Source: Octopus sinensis
Taxonomy: Eukaryota
Length of the DNA stretch: 64,000 bases
Reading direction: 5' to 3'
Assembly: GCF_006345805.1 (NCBI RefSeq)
Contig: NC_043013.1
Coordinates: 37,758,001-37,822,000 of the forward strand
The translations under genes were made by a program, and so were the position numbers. Every line of letters starts with the position of its first letter. Position 1 is the stretch's first letter. The notes under the pieces are model-generated. The model did no database searches. It saw only the letters and a list, made by a program, of their open reading frames with translations, and was not told the DNA's origin. Positions 37,346-50,169 of the stretch are shown piece by piece.

Positions 37346-38242
37346 GTGAATGTGCTCGTGTTGAACAGTAAATATTGCATCCTTTATATCTGCATGTTTT
37401 TGAAATTCTATCTCTTTATTATACTTCGTGATGTATTTCTTTCGGTTAATGCGCTCACTGCTAGCACTATCGTTACGCACACTTCGTGTTCGCTACATCT
37501 AAAGCCAATATTTTTTAGCTGTTTATTAAAAGTATATTGGCAGTATATGTCCGAAAAGTAACGTTTTGTTTTATGCCGTATAATAGAAAATATCTTATTC
37601 GAAAAATACTCAGTTTAAAGAAGCTCAAACATTGTAAATGTGTTGCATTAATTACAATTTAGTCAGACTCGTCTCTATCAAAATAGTGTACTGTTTTTAA
37701 TTACTATTCCCAAATTATTCCCCAGTTGGAAATGCAACTTTAAATGTGTTTTTGAGATTTGTGCATAAATCATCGAGCGAATTTTCTACTATCTCTTCTA
37801 TTCCCTTTAGAAATCAGTATGCTTTAATTGGTGAATTTCAAGTTTGGGAAGGCATATTTCTCAAGTCATTGCATTCAATATTTCTTTGCAGCTGGGTAAT
37901 GCGAGTTGTCTTGTTCTGTGAAAAAAATTAGCACGAAGACGGCTGAGTTGTCGTGGTGCAACAGCTAGGGGGTTATTTTGTCGTTGCTTGAAGCCTTTTA
38001 TTTTGTAGCACGTCTCTCATACGTCCCAAGGCATACAAGAAAAACTGTTTGGTGATCATCTCATCGTGTGAAACAATTTCATTAAGATTTACAATCTCTA
38101 ATAAAAATGAAAAAAAAAAGGGTAACGAACGCTCATCATCTTTATATTTAAGACATTCTGATGTTTATTAGTAGACGAACTGAAACGATCAAAAGAACTT
38201 CGACAAAGGCTTTTATGTTCTCACATCGTAGTCGTGCACTCA

Positions 38243-38510
38243 CGAGCTGGCAGAATCGCTACCACGATGGTCGAAATGCTTAGTGGTATTTCGTCTGCCG
38301 CTACGTTCTGAGTTCAAATTCCGCCGAGGTAGACTTTGCCTTTCATCCTTTCTGGGTCGATTAACTAAGTACCAGTTACGCACTGGGGTCGATATAATCG
38401 ACTTAATCGGTTTGCCTGTCCTTGTCTGTTCTCTCTGTGTTTATCCCCTAGTGGGTAGAAAATAAATAGGTATTTCACCCGTCGCTACGTTCTGAGTTCA
38501 AATTCCTTGT
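38243..38510 (+). mobile_element. SINE family A, full length plus partial tandem restart
   Basis: Head gagctggcagaatcg, B-box, tail; then ggtatttcacccgtcgctacgttctgagttcaaattcc repeats the internal segment. Confidence 0.88.
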
Positions 38511-38849
38511 GGGGAAATCTTAAGCGATTAATTTTAGGGCAACATTCTGCATCTTCAGTTTTTGTGTTGCATATCATTTGGCACAAAAACATTCCTAGAT
38601 GCTCAAAACTTCATGGAATGTGTTAAGGTCTAATATAGAGATTATGGAATACTCCGCATACGGCAAATTGTTTTTGGCAACGGTGTTGAGCATTTACGTT
38701 AAGATCTTTTAAAAAATATTTCTTTAAATTTTGTAACTGTATCAAAAAATTTTTGCAAAACCATCTAAATAAATATATGCATGTGTGTGTGTATGTGTGT
38801 GTACGTGTGGTGTATGTTTGTGTGTGTATGTGTGTGCGCGTGTGTGTGC

Positions 38850-39065
38850 TTTTGCGTGTTTGTTGCTCCCCTCAGCCGTTTGACAACTAGTGTTGGCTTG
38901 TTTGCGTAACTGAGCGGTTCGGCCAAAGTCGTTCTTAGAATAAGTACTATACATAAACGTAGCCACAGGTGTCGGTGTGTTCGAGTAACAGAACCCTTCG
39001 AAACGGAACCCCAACATGATCTCAGTCCAATGATTGAAGCAGATGCAATATAAAGTGTAAAAGAG
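38850..39065 (+). mobile_element. SINE family B 3' half, degenerate
   Basis: tgacaac..gttgg..taactgagcggttcggc..agaataagtact matches family B. Confidence 0.6.
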
Positions 39066-40516
39066 GAAAAAAAAAATGAATAAACGCCAGTGTTGATATC
39101 ACTGCTCTTGTTGTTGTTATTTAACACCTATGCCAACTAACAGTGTACAGGTGTATGATCAAATACATTCCAGTTATGATATTCCCACCTTTTAAATGGA
39201 TACATAAAAACGCGGTATCTAACATGTCGGTTATTTAGAAATTAAGCTAGAGTGTGATTTCAGGGTGATTTAGCTGATGTTTATAGCAAATGGAGAGACT
39301 AGGTATCAGCTTTCTCTTGTTCGCTCGTTAATGTTGCTGTTATTTTTATTGACATCGTCACGAAAAAAATAAATGGTGAACTTTTAAAAAATCAGAGAAG
39401 CTAAAATCTGTTTATGAGATATCAGTAATGTTTCTATACATCAATTTCTCCTATCAAAATACAAAGCAAAAAAAGAAAAAAAAAGAAGAAGAAAAAGAAA
39501 AAAAGCATAACAAATATATAATGCATGCATGGATACATATACACACACATTCATGCATGTATACATAGTTACACACATATATATACATACGTACATACAT
39601 GCACACAGAAATGCATACGTACATACGTACATACGTGTCTACACCTATATACTCATCTATGGATTTTTTAATAGTGAATCTGAAGTGTTAATGTTTGTAC
39701 ACATTTATATTCATGATTTGTTTGCAGTGGATTATATGAACGTCGTGTTTCCGATGGTGTGTTAACGTTTGTGCAAAATATATATTATACATCTCAGTTT
39801 GTGATTTGTGTTTTATTATTTTTTTTTTCCACGTATGAATATCTGCTCGTGTGTGTATATTCTTGTGTGTAGTTGTGTGCGAGTGTATATATATATATAT
39901 ATACATATACATACATGTACACATATATACATACATATATATATATATACATATATCAGTAGTATAATTATTCATGGAACGTTATATTAGTGTTAACCAC
40001 TGTAATTCTCTATCTGTCTGTATATGAAGTGTATAGTGTCATTATTTTGAATTAGTCAGCTTTAGCAAATGTTCTCTCCTATCTCATAAGATTACTGACT
40101 GACAGCTAGTGGACATCAAAGTAAGGTCTAAAGATGATGTATAGTGTGACAAGAAAATAGATAATATATCTTTACAACTGAAGCGAATTTTCACACGGTC
40201 TGCCATAATATTTTATTACAAGAATTTTCTTTTGCGGCTACAAATATCATTACGATATATTAAAAGAAAGAACAACCAAAAACCAAATGTTGGGTGAAGA
40301 TGACTGAGATAACGAAAACAGAAAAAAAAAGATGGACTTGGTATTTTTTTTTATTAATTAACTTCCATACTCACAGTTACAGGTTCGAATCCAACACTGG
40401 TATAGTGACTTCTCTCTCGCTTTCAACACAAGTACGCCGATAAGGGAACCTCTATAATTTTTTTTGATCTGTTCGATAATGTAGCTAGATGTCGCTCAAA
40501 TAAAACATAAATATAT

Positions 40517-40743
40517 TTAACCTTGAGCATTCAGATTACCCTGTCAAATTTGATGCTTATTTATTCACATTGTTTTGAAGCGACCATGAATAATCTTACA
40601 GCTTTGAGATTTTTATGTTGTAATTGCATACTTTTAGAATGACATTGTAGGGTAGAAGTAAGAGGCTGGATCTGGCCAGTTTGGACATAAAACAGGTACA
40701 ATATTTGGGCCGGATATGGCCGGTTTAAATGCCAAAGTGTTAA
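40517..40743. mobile_element. Putative piggyBac-like MITE (TTAA flanks, imperfect TIRs)
   Basis: Left TTAA-CCTTGAGCATTCAGA; right (reverse complement) TTAA-CACTTTGGCATTTAAA. Confidence 0.45.
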
Positions 40744-40770
40744 GAAGTGCTAAACCTCATGCATTATGCA

Positions 40771-42312
40771 TGGGAAAAGATGGCATTGTCGCAGTTGAAA
40801 TACAGTTAACCTTACATCTCCGCGACAAATCAACTGCGAAATATCATCAGCAACCACAATATAACATGCTAACATAACATGGGCAGTCCTGGTTTAGGAC
40901 TAATGCGGCTATAATTTAGCCCCAGGAGATATCGTCTCCAGCTGGCTATACAACACGATCTGTGCCCTTATATTCTCTAACAAGCGACATAGATCGTGTC
41001 GTATAGCCAACTGGAGACGATGTCTCTTGGGATTAAATTACAGCAACATTAGTCTCAAACCAGGACTGCTGTTATGTTGGCAAACAATCTTTGCTGCAAA
41101 GTACTGTTGCTGAATATCTCTGGTTGTGAGATAAAAAAAAAATAAATTCCTAACCACAACACTGATGCAAAATATTTGATAATATAAACATTAGTAAACA
41201 GGATAGATTATAGTAGATCAAAGAAATGTAAAAACAATAAACGCATATTAATGCATACAAGCATACACCATCGTCACCATAATCGCTGTCATCATCACCA
41301 TCATTATCATTTTCGTCGTTGTTGGTGGCATGCTCAGGTTTCTGGTAGTGGTCTCTGTCGTTTTATAACCGCTTTCTAAGCTGTTATGAGTTAGGAGAAT
41401 CATTTCGATCTGAGAACAGTCCTATTCAGATTTAGACAGGTATTCAGTTCACCGGAGGCTCAATGGCCCAGTGGTTAGGGCAGCGGACTAGCGATCGGAG
41501 GATCGCGGTTTCGATTCCCAGACCGGGCGTTGTGTGTGTTTATTGAGCGTAAACACCTAAAGCTCCACGAGGCTCCGACAGGGGGTGGTGGTGACCCCTG
41601 CGATACTCTTTCGTCACAACTTCCTCTCACTCTTTCTTCCTGTTTCTTGAGTAACGCTGCGATGGACTGGCGTCCCGTCCAGCTGGGGGGGAATACATAC
41701 GCCATAGAAACCGGGAAACCCGGCCCATGGACCTGGCTAGGCTTGAAAAGGACGCATAAATAAAAATAAATAATTCTGTTCATCAAGTACCCACATCTCT
41801 TCTTTGGCTCTGGTTTTACGGCCAAAAGCCTCTTCTATCACTGAACATTTCACTGCGTGTAGTGAGTATATATTACTGAGGCACCAATATTCTACGATAT
41901 AGTCGCTCATACAGAGCGAAATGACCGAACACGTAAATATTAATAGAAGAAATGATATTGACAAAGGAACTATGGTGACTTGGAGTAAGGAGATTTATGT
42001 GTGTAAGTTTGTGTGCATGTGGAGTGTGTATATGTGTCATGTGATCACGCGATTGATCAGACTATCGGATATTCTTATACATTGCGCTTGTTAGAAAATA
42101 TAAGGACACAGATCGTGTTGTATAGCCTGCTAGAGACGATGTCTCCTGGGGCTAAATTATACCCGCATTAGTCCTAAACCAGGACTGCCCATGTTATGTT
42201 GGCATGTTATGTTGTGGTTGTTGATGATATTTCGCAGTTGATTTGTCGCGGAGATGTAAGGTTTTTACAGTATTTTACTGTATTTCAACTGCGACAATGC
42301 CATCTTTTCCCA
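40771..42312. mobile_element. Foldback structure: ~220-bp inverted arms enclosing a third partial arm and a SINE
   Basis: 40771-40986 is the near-identical reverse complement of 42085-42312; 40989-41080 is a more diverged inverted copy of 40868-40963. Confidence 0.85.
41454..41773 (+). mobile_element. tRNA-derived SINE family C, subtype 1 (V-domain-like 3' module)
   Basis: A-box TGGCCCAGTGGTTA, B-box GGTTTCGATTCCC; CTGCGATGGACTGGCGTCCCGTCCAG at 41657-41682; A-rich tail. Confidence 0.85.
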
Positions 42313-42644
42313 AAGCGCTTTTTTAGCATTCCAATGATGCCACACCGCTGGCTAGGTGTGCAGGCCAACTACTTTCAAATCAACGACGCATTTACATAGT
42401 CTTGGTTCCAATAGAACTGGATTGGTCTGTCTCTACATATGTCGAGTTTTCTCAAAGAGCTTCTGGGTTGGTTGCCCGTTTCTGATGTAAAAATTGGTGA
42501 ATATCCATTGTGCATTCTCTCACTTTCTTTCTCTTTCTCTTCCATTATTTTTTCTATATGTATGTGGGTATTTATGCATACATACATACATACACATACA
42601 CACACAAACGCATATAAACGCACACACACACACTCAAATATATA

Positions 42645-42819
42645 TACATACATACATGCATACATGCATACATGCATACATGCATACATACATACATACA
42701 TACATACATACATACATACATGCATACATGCATACATGCATACATACATACATACATACATACATACATGCATACATACATACATACCTACTTACTTACA
42801 TACATACATACCTACTTAC

Positions 42820-42850
<31 letters not shown>

Positions 42851-43355
42851 CATGCGTACATGCATACATGCATACATACATACATACATGCATACATACA
42901 TACATACATACATACATACATACGCACATACATACATACATACATACATACATACATACATACATACATACATACATACATACATACATACATACATACA
43001 TACATACATACATACATACATACATGCATGCATACATACATACATACATACATACACACATACATACATACATACATGCATGCATACATACATACATACA
43101 TACATACATACATACATACATACATACATACATGCATCATACATACATACATACATACATACATACATACATACATACATACATACATACATACATACAT
43201 GCATGCATACATACATACATACATACATGCATACATACATACATACATACATACATACTTACATACATACATACATACATGCATACATACATACATACAT
43301 ACATACATACATACATACATACATACATACATACATACATACATACATACATACA
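42645..43355. repeat. ~700-bp (CATA)n/(CATG) microsatellite, the longest in the window
   Basis: Directly visible; explains the 310-aa HTYI ORFs. Confidence 0.98.
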
Positions 43356-43530
43356 AAGCCAGAAAGGAGAAAGCTGATTCGAAGACTACAGATCCAATTC
43401 ATCACTGGAACTGTAAAAATTTGTAAATCTTCCCCGAAGTTTATCCTTTTAGTATATATGAGCATGTCTAGAGATGCAGGTATATGCATGAGAAGACATC
43501 ATAAAACAAAATATAGATATCTGCATATAG

Positions 43531-43923
43531 GGATGGATGGAAGCATTCCGTCGATTACGACGACGAGGGTTCCGGTTGATCCGATCAATGGAACTGCCTT
43601 CTCGTGAAATTAACGTGTAAGTGGATGAGCACTCCACATACACGTGTACCCTTAACGTACTTCTCGGGGTGATTCAGCGTGACACAGAGAGTGACAAGGC
43701 CGGCCCTTTGAAATACAGGTACAACAGAAACAGGAAGTAAGAGTAAGAGAAAGTTGTGGTGAAAGAGTACAGCAGGGATCACCACCATCCCCTGCCGGAG
43801 CCTCGTGGAGAGCTTTTAGGTGTTTTCGCTCAATAAACACTCACAACGCCCGGTCTGGGAATCGAAACCGCGATCCTACGACCGCGAGTCCGCTTGCCCT
43901 AACCACTAGGCCATTGCGCCTCC
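43531..43923 (-). mobile_element. SINE family C, subtype 2
   Basis: Same head and body as 41454-41647 in reverse, with a different 3' module. Confidence 0.88.
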
Positions 43924-44384
43924 CTGCACATATACATACATACATACAGAGAAAAATACCCTGCTGGTGTGTTGCTGAATTTCCAATGAAGTAGACTTGG
44001 ATCCAGGCTAGAAAGCGGCTCTTTCTCTATGGGCAACAAATCTTGAAATAAAATTGAATTATCACATAAATACACACGTATGCAAGCACATAAGTGTAAA
44101 AAAACCAGGCCTAGAAAAGAGGAGTAAGGTGGAGTAAGATATGGTGCTTTAAACAATTTGAGGAACATCGTATGATGGTCGATTACGCGAACATCGGTTT
44201 GATGAGCGATAATAATTTGTGAAGTTTTGCAGATTCAATAAAACATCGTTTACACATACATATATACATACATACATATATACATACATGCATGCATAAA
44301 TACATGTATATATATGTATGTATACGCGTTACGTTACGCAACGGTTTGCACCGCCTTCACCGTTTACATATAGTGCTGCTGTTG

Positions 44385-44565
<181 letters not shown>

Positions 44566-45387
44566 ATTTGTGAATGTTATCTTCCTGTGGGTTGCTAATC
44601 GCGCATTCGTATTAGCACCGAATTTGCTTTAGAACTTTAAGATTTACATCTAAATGTAGCCGTGTATTGTACATGATGCTTTCACTGTACAGCCATTATC
44701 GGACATAAATTAGAGGTTAAACGAAACTCCAGTTTGATTTTTCACCTTATAGCAAATGTCAGTCTGAGGTAATACAGAGAATCTTTAGTACATATCACTG
44801 CAGAAGTACATTCAGAAGTAAAATAACAGTTCTTAGATTCCTTACCAATAGCTAAATGTACAACACACCATATGTTTGCAGGCCCTAAATTTGAGAATAA
44901 AGGTATATTGGAATGCTTTAATGAGGAAAGAAACATCAAAGCCGGCAATAGTTGAGCATATATGATGCGAGAAAAGAAAACATATGCCATTATGGGAGGA
45001 TATGTCCATAACTTATACAGAATTACGGTGGAACCTTAGAAAAATCATTTATGCGATGCATATAATGCTTGCTGATATACCAATTAGAAACGTTGGCACA
45101 GGTATTAAATCAATATTGCTGATGTAAGGTGTGAATTGTTAGAGCCGTTACAGTGTTGATTTGAATGCCTGAGATAATAATTGGCTACGATTCTCTTCCT
45201 TCTGAGATCAAATCCCAACGAAGTCAACTTTGTATTTCAAATATTTATACGCATTTGTACAATTTCTGCGACTACATTTGTGCCAAGACCTTTCGGGGGC
45301 ATTTAGGTGGCTTCTCTTGAATAAACATCGGTACCGAGGTGGAAAAAAACCCCATAAAGGCATGGACAGGTGCTTGCCTTCTAGAAA

Positions 45388-45418
<31 letters not shown>

Positions 45419-46746
45419 CATATGCAGATGCATAATCTGAACTTATGGAAGGGCAGTCCTACATTGCTGATATCATTGAGAGGTAAATTTTAGTATATTG
45501 AATTCGCAAAAATATAGCCTTCCTTATAAGGGTAACGGATATACTTACTTGAGAAAGAAATGTCTCTACTCATTAGTAAAAGTGTGTTTAAGGACATATC
45601 ATATATTAAGTGAAGCTTTAGGTTTCCTTATTCTATCATGCTATCAATTAATGATCGCAACTTGGTCTACTTCTGGTTATTGAAAATTTACTCTCAGAAA
45701 ATAACGTTCATAAATTGACAACGTTTATTCCTGAAATATACTTCTGTTTTTAATTAATCAGTCTACCTTTCTTGCGTCCGCATATATTTAGGTACATTTT
45801 CATTCGTTCTACCTATGACTCGCCTCTCTTCGTGTGAGCATTGTAGATATATAACACGATGGTATCAGCTATAGAATAATGGATTGAGAATGCAATAAGT
45901 AGGTTTCTGGTGTTCTTGTATAGGTACTTCAGTTCACTTAGCTTCTAATTTATTACATTGAAGATGTAGACTGGAATGGCTTGTCTATTTATTGTACGTA
46001 TATCATTGCTGGCATTAAGTTTGGCTCGTAATATAACTCTCCTTCTTCTGTAGGTTTTTTCTTTCTTCTCCTCTGTTTTTATGTACATCTTATCTTATCA
46101 GTATCAAGTTCCGGAGTTTTTTTTTAGGTTAGTTCTATTAACTCATTTCAATGTATAAATCAGCCTTAATGATTTGAGTTTTAATTAATTTACGTCTTCT
46201 AAGAGTAGCTTTGACACATATGCATAATCTTATACTTACTTTGACATCAATACTGATTCCATGTATAAGTTTTAGTAGATACACCAAAAAGAAATATTTT
46301 GTATATGGCTTTAAGTCACCCATGGAGAGGATATAGTTTACAGTTTATGTGTAGCATCTGCAAATATTGGTAATTTATTTGAACATATTTATGAGTTGAA
46401 TCTAGGTAAGGTAGATAAGTCCCACTTAAATAAATGTATTTTCTAACAGGGATCGGATAGGGTACTAGGAGCGAGGAAGCATCATTATATTCTTATCCTT
46501 ATTTTCTTTTTATTTTTGTTGTTGCATTACATTAAATTTTATGACCATATTTCTATGTTTCAATAATGTGTTTTAGTGATTGAAGTCTATTTATATGGCC
46601 ACACACACACACACTCAAACACACACGCACTCATTCACTTACACACACACACGCATTAATATATATATTGATTTAGGGTTTTATTCAATATTGTACTGAA
46701 TTTCAAGCACACCACTTCACATTTGTACATGAAATATGATATGATA

Positions 46747-46788
<42 letters not shown>

Positions 46789-46800
46789 TATATATATATA

Positions 46801-46949
46801 GGCGCAGGAGTGGCTGTGTGGTAAGTAGCTTGTTTACCAACCACATGGTTCCGGGTTCAGTCCCACTGCGTAGCACCTTGGGCAAGTGTCTTCTACTATA
46901 GCCTCGGGCCGACCATAGCCTTTTGAGTGGATTTGGTAGACGGAAACTG

Positions 46950-46980
<31 letters not shown>

Positions 46981-47174
46981 TTGTGTGTCTGTGTCTATCC
47001 CCTAGCATTGCTTGACAACCGATGCTGGTGTATTTATGTCCCCGTCACTTAGCGGTTCGGCAAAAGAGACCGCTAGAATAAGTACTGGGCTTGCCGGGGT
47101 TGAGTTGCTCGATTAAAGGCGGTGTTCCAGCATGGCCGCAGTCAAATGTCTGAAAGAAGTAAAAGAGTAAAAGA
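46801..47174 (+). mobile_element. SINE family B, full-length reference copy
   Basis: tRNA-like head GGCGCAGGAG-TGGCTGTGTGG...GGTTCAGTCCC, central accttgggcaagtg segment (CORE-like), internal (TG)n, tail (GTAAAAGA)n. Confidence 0.92.
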
Positions 47175-47207
<33 letters not shown>

Positions 47208-47249
47208 CATGCATACATACATACATACATACATACATACATACATACA

Positions 47250-47280
<31 letters not shown>

Positions 47281-47867
47281 GTCGAGAAAAAAAGACAGTC
47301 AGAATTTTGGACAATTCTTTATAACGCTTTCGTTAGTTTATCGCACTCGCTAAGACAAAATTAAAGCCAAAATGATAAAAACAGCACATTTCATAGTTCT
47401 TTTATGTGAATCAGATGGTTTTTTTTTTGCTTTGTTTAGAATAGAAGAAAAAAATTTTTTTTTGTGTTTCGTTAAGGGGGGAAGTGAGAAAGAAAAGCAA
47501 GAGGGGGAGAAATAGACCTAGAGTGATGTTCCTTTTCAATTATATTGTTTGTTTTGGACAAAAATAAAATAATATAATTGAAAAGAAACACCTCTTTTAG
47601 TCTATTTTATCCGCTTATTGCTTTTCTTCCCCACCTTCTAAACAAAGCAAAAAAAAACAAAACAAATGCAAAAAACATCCGATCCACATAAAAGAAGAAA
47701 GAAAAGTTCTGTTTTCATCATTTTGGTTTCAATTTTGTCTTGAGGAGTTCGATAAACGAACGAAAGCATCAATAAGGAACTATCCAAAATTCTAACTGCC
47801 TCCTTTTTCTCGGTAGACAATATCTGTACACCAATTCAAACACTCTACGCATACATACATTTATATA

Positions 47868-47955
<88 letters not shown>

Positions 47956-47960
47956 CACAT

Positions 47961-47992
<32 letters not shown>

Positions 47993-48689
47993 GTATACAT
48001 GTATATATATTTATATATACGCGCGCACACATACCAGCGGACACATACACCCCCCGCGCACACACACGTAGAAGTATATATTTACAGGCACAACATAAAG
48101 TTTACGGAATTCTTGGTTCCAAGGCCTTTTCGGATTGATGACTTTTCTCAGACCAATTGTGGGTCACATAGGTTGGCATAATCTTTGTTCACAAAAACAG
48201 TGTAAGTGTACTATTGTTTTTTTCTAGAGTACTTTTGGGTGACACTCGGATGCGGGTATATATTGATATGGAAAGAAACTAACAAATCTATATTGGGAAA
48301 ATTATAGTTAGACAAACGAGCAAGAAGGCATTCATGTAGAAAACATAAGTGGATAAATTTATTGCACATCTTTGCCTCAGTGATAATACGTTAAAGATAA
48401 TGAAAGAATGCAAATTTTCGCCAATCTCTCTCAGCAGAAAATCTTTTGTTGTCCTCGGGGAAGAAAGACATCAAATGCAACAGAGTAGTTCTTTGTAAAT
48501 AACTATTTATTTTAGCATTGTGATGTTGTAACTTAAAGCGAAAGGCTAGGAAGATTCAGGATCAGAATAATTCAATTTCCTAGTAGATGGGACACTGGGA
48601 TAAGAATAGACGTTTGGAAATTTGGGGTATTCCTACATAATGTCAGGAACCATGTGAACTTTTGATCGGTTTGATGTTTTGTTAAATAA

Positions 48690-48900
48690 TTGTTTCAAAT
48701 TATGACACAAGGTCAGCGATTTCAATTGAGGGGTAAGTCGATCACATTGATCCCATTGATCAGCTGGTATTTATTTTATCGACCCCGAGAAGACGAAAGG
48801 CAAAGCAGACCTCGGCGAAATTGGAACTCAGAACGTTGTCATAAGAAATTCCTCTAAGGATTTTTCCGATGCGATAACCACTCTGCAAGCTCGCCTCCTT
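48690..48900 (-). mobile_element. SINE family A variant
   Basis: tttatcgacccc..gaaaggcaaag..gacctcggcg.aatt.gaactcagaacgt is the reverse of family A. Confidence 0.8.
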
Positions 48901-49438
48901 GAAGTTTCGTTTAATATCAGTTTTTATCTCTTGCAAAGTGGTGTACACTTTGTTTAGCGGATTGAGAAAATCTTCCTTCTATCATTTGATATTCGACCGA
49001 ACACCTGGATATCACAGTCTCTCATGATGTTTCTTTTTATCCATCTTTTATCTAGCTACAGATGTGGAGATTGTATATCGATCCTATTAACCACTGGCAG
49101 AACATGCAAAATTTAGTGGCATTCACCTCTCTTTCTCTGAATAAGCACAATGGATGTGGTCACTCGACAGCCAACTATTAGAAATCAAATTTATCCGTTT
49201 TGAATGAGAAGATAAAATAGATAACAAACTTTTCGCTCAACTTACTGTGACATCCGAGAAAACCACGAAATAGTCTAACTGGAACATCGCTATTATGATT
49301 CTTCACGGTCAGGACTGTCACGGTTTAAATAGCAGGAAACACAACTGCAAAAACGAAATTATGAAGAAAATTACGATTGAATTCCAAAAGGGAATCCGTT
49401 AGAATAGATTCTCTTTTGAAATAATCTCTCATTCAAAC

Positions 49439-49905
49439 TACTGGTTTGAGAAAAAAGTTCGCGCGCTGTGTTAAAATAAATGAATTTTTTTATGCGAGAA
49501 TACATTCAAAAACAACAACAACTAGTCTTCAAAATAAAGACCATCATTTTCCACGACCTTCTGCCAAAGATCTGCAAGCATTTGGATTTGGTCAAAGAAC
49601 CAATCTTTCAACTTTGAATCGAAACATTCTTCACAGGCTTCTTCAACTTCATCGAATGAATCAAATAGGTGACCTTTCATAAAGTGCTGCATTTATCGGA
49701 AGAGACCGTAGTCAGATGGAGCAACGTCTGGATTATAGGCTGGATGCGGCAGAACTGTAACGCCGTCTAATGCTTCAATCTTCTTGCTGGTTTTTCTGGC
49801 GGTATGCAGCTTTGCATCGTCTTGTTGAAACGAAATGCGTTTTCAACGAACAATTCTTGGGTTCTTTTCAACCAGCATATCGTAGACAAGATCAAGTTGC
49901 TCAAG
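49439..49905 (-). mobile_element. Mariner transposon 3' fragment with TIR (DD35D)
   Basis: Minus-strand translation FQQDDAKLHTARKTSKKIEALDGVTVLPHPAYNPDVAPSDYGLFR*MQHFMKG..WQKVVENDGLYFED*; terminal TA-ctggtttgagaaaaaagttcg. Confidence 0.92.
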
Positions 49906-50052
49906 TACAGCAGGGATCGCCTCCACCTACCTTGCGGAAGCCTCGTGGTGCTTTTAAGTGTTTTCGCTCAATAAACATTCAGAACGTCCGGTTTGGGAAT
50001 CGAAACCGCAATCCTACGACCGCTGGCCTAACCACTGGGCCACTGCGCCCCC
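49906..50052 (-). mobile_element. SINE family C 5' part fused to the mariner fragment
   Basis: Matches the head and body of 43770-43923. Confidence 0.8.
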
Positions 50053-50057
50053 CACCC

Positions 50058-50102
<45 letters not shown>

Positions 50103-50169
50103 TGCATATATGAATGTGTGTATTATGTGTGTGTTTGTATATATATAATGCTCCTGAGAATCAGTTTTC

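Noticed and set aside
40375-40400. Perfect B-box GGTTCGAATCC suggesting a tRNA gene
   Set aside because: No acceptor, D or anticodon stems can be built; probably an eroded SINE head. The SINE-B and SINE-C heads are likewise not tRNA genes.
42439-43607. Three ~310-aa ORFs (HTYI repeats), plus the many YI/CV/MYVC/IYLS ORFs across the window
   Set aside because: They are translations of (CATA)n, (TA)n, (CA)n and (GATA)n microsatellites, which lack stops in some frames; no coding evidence.
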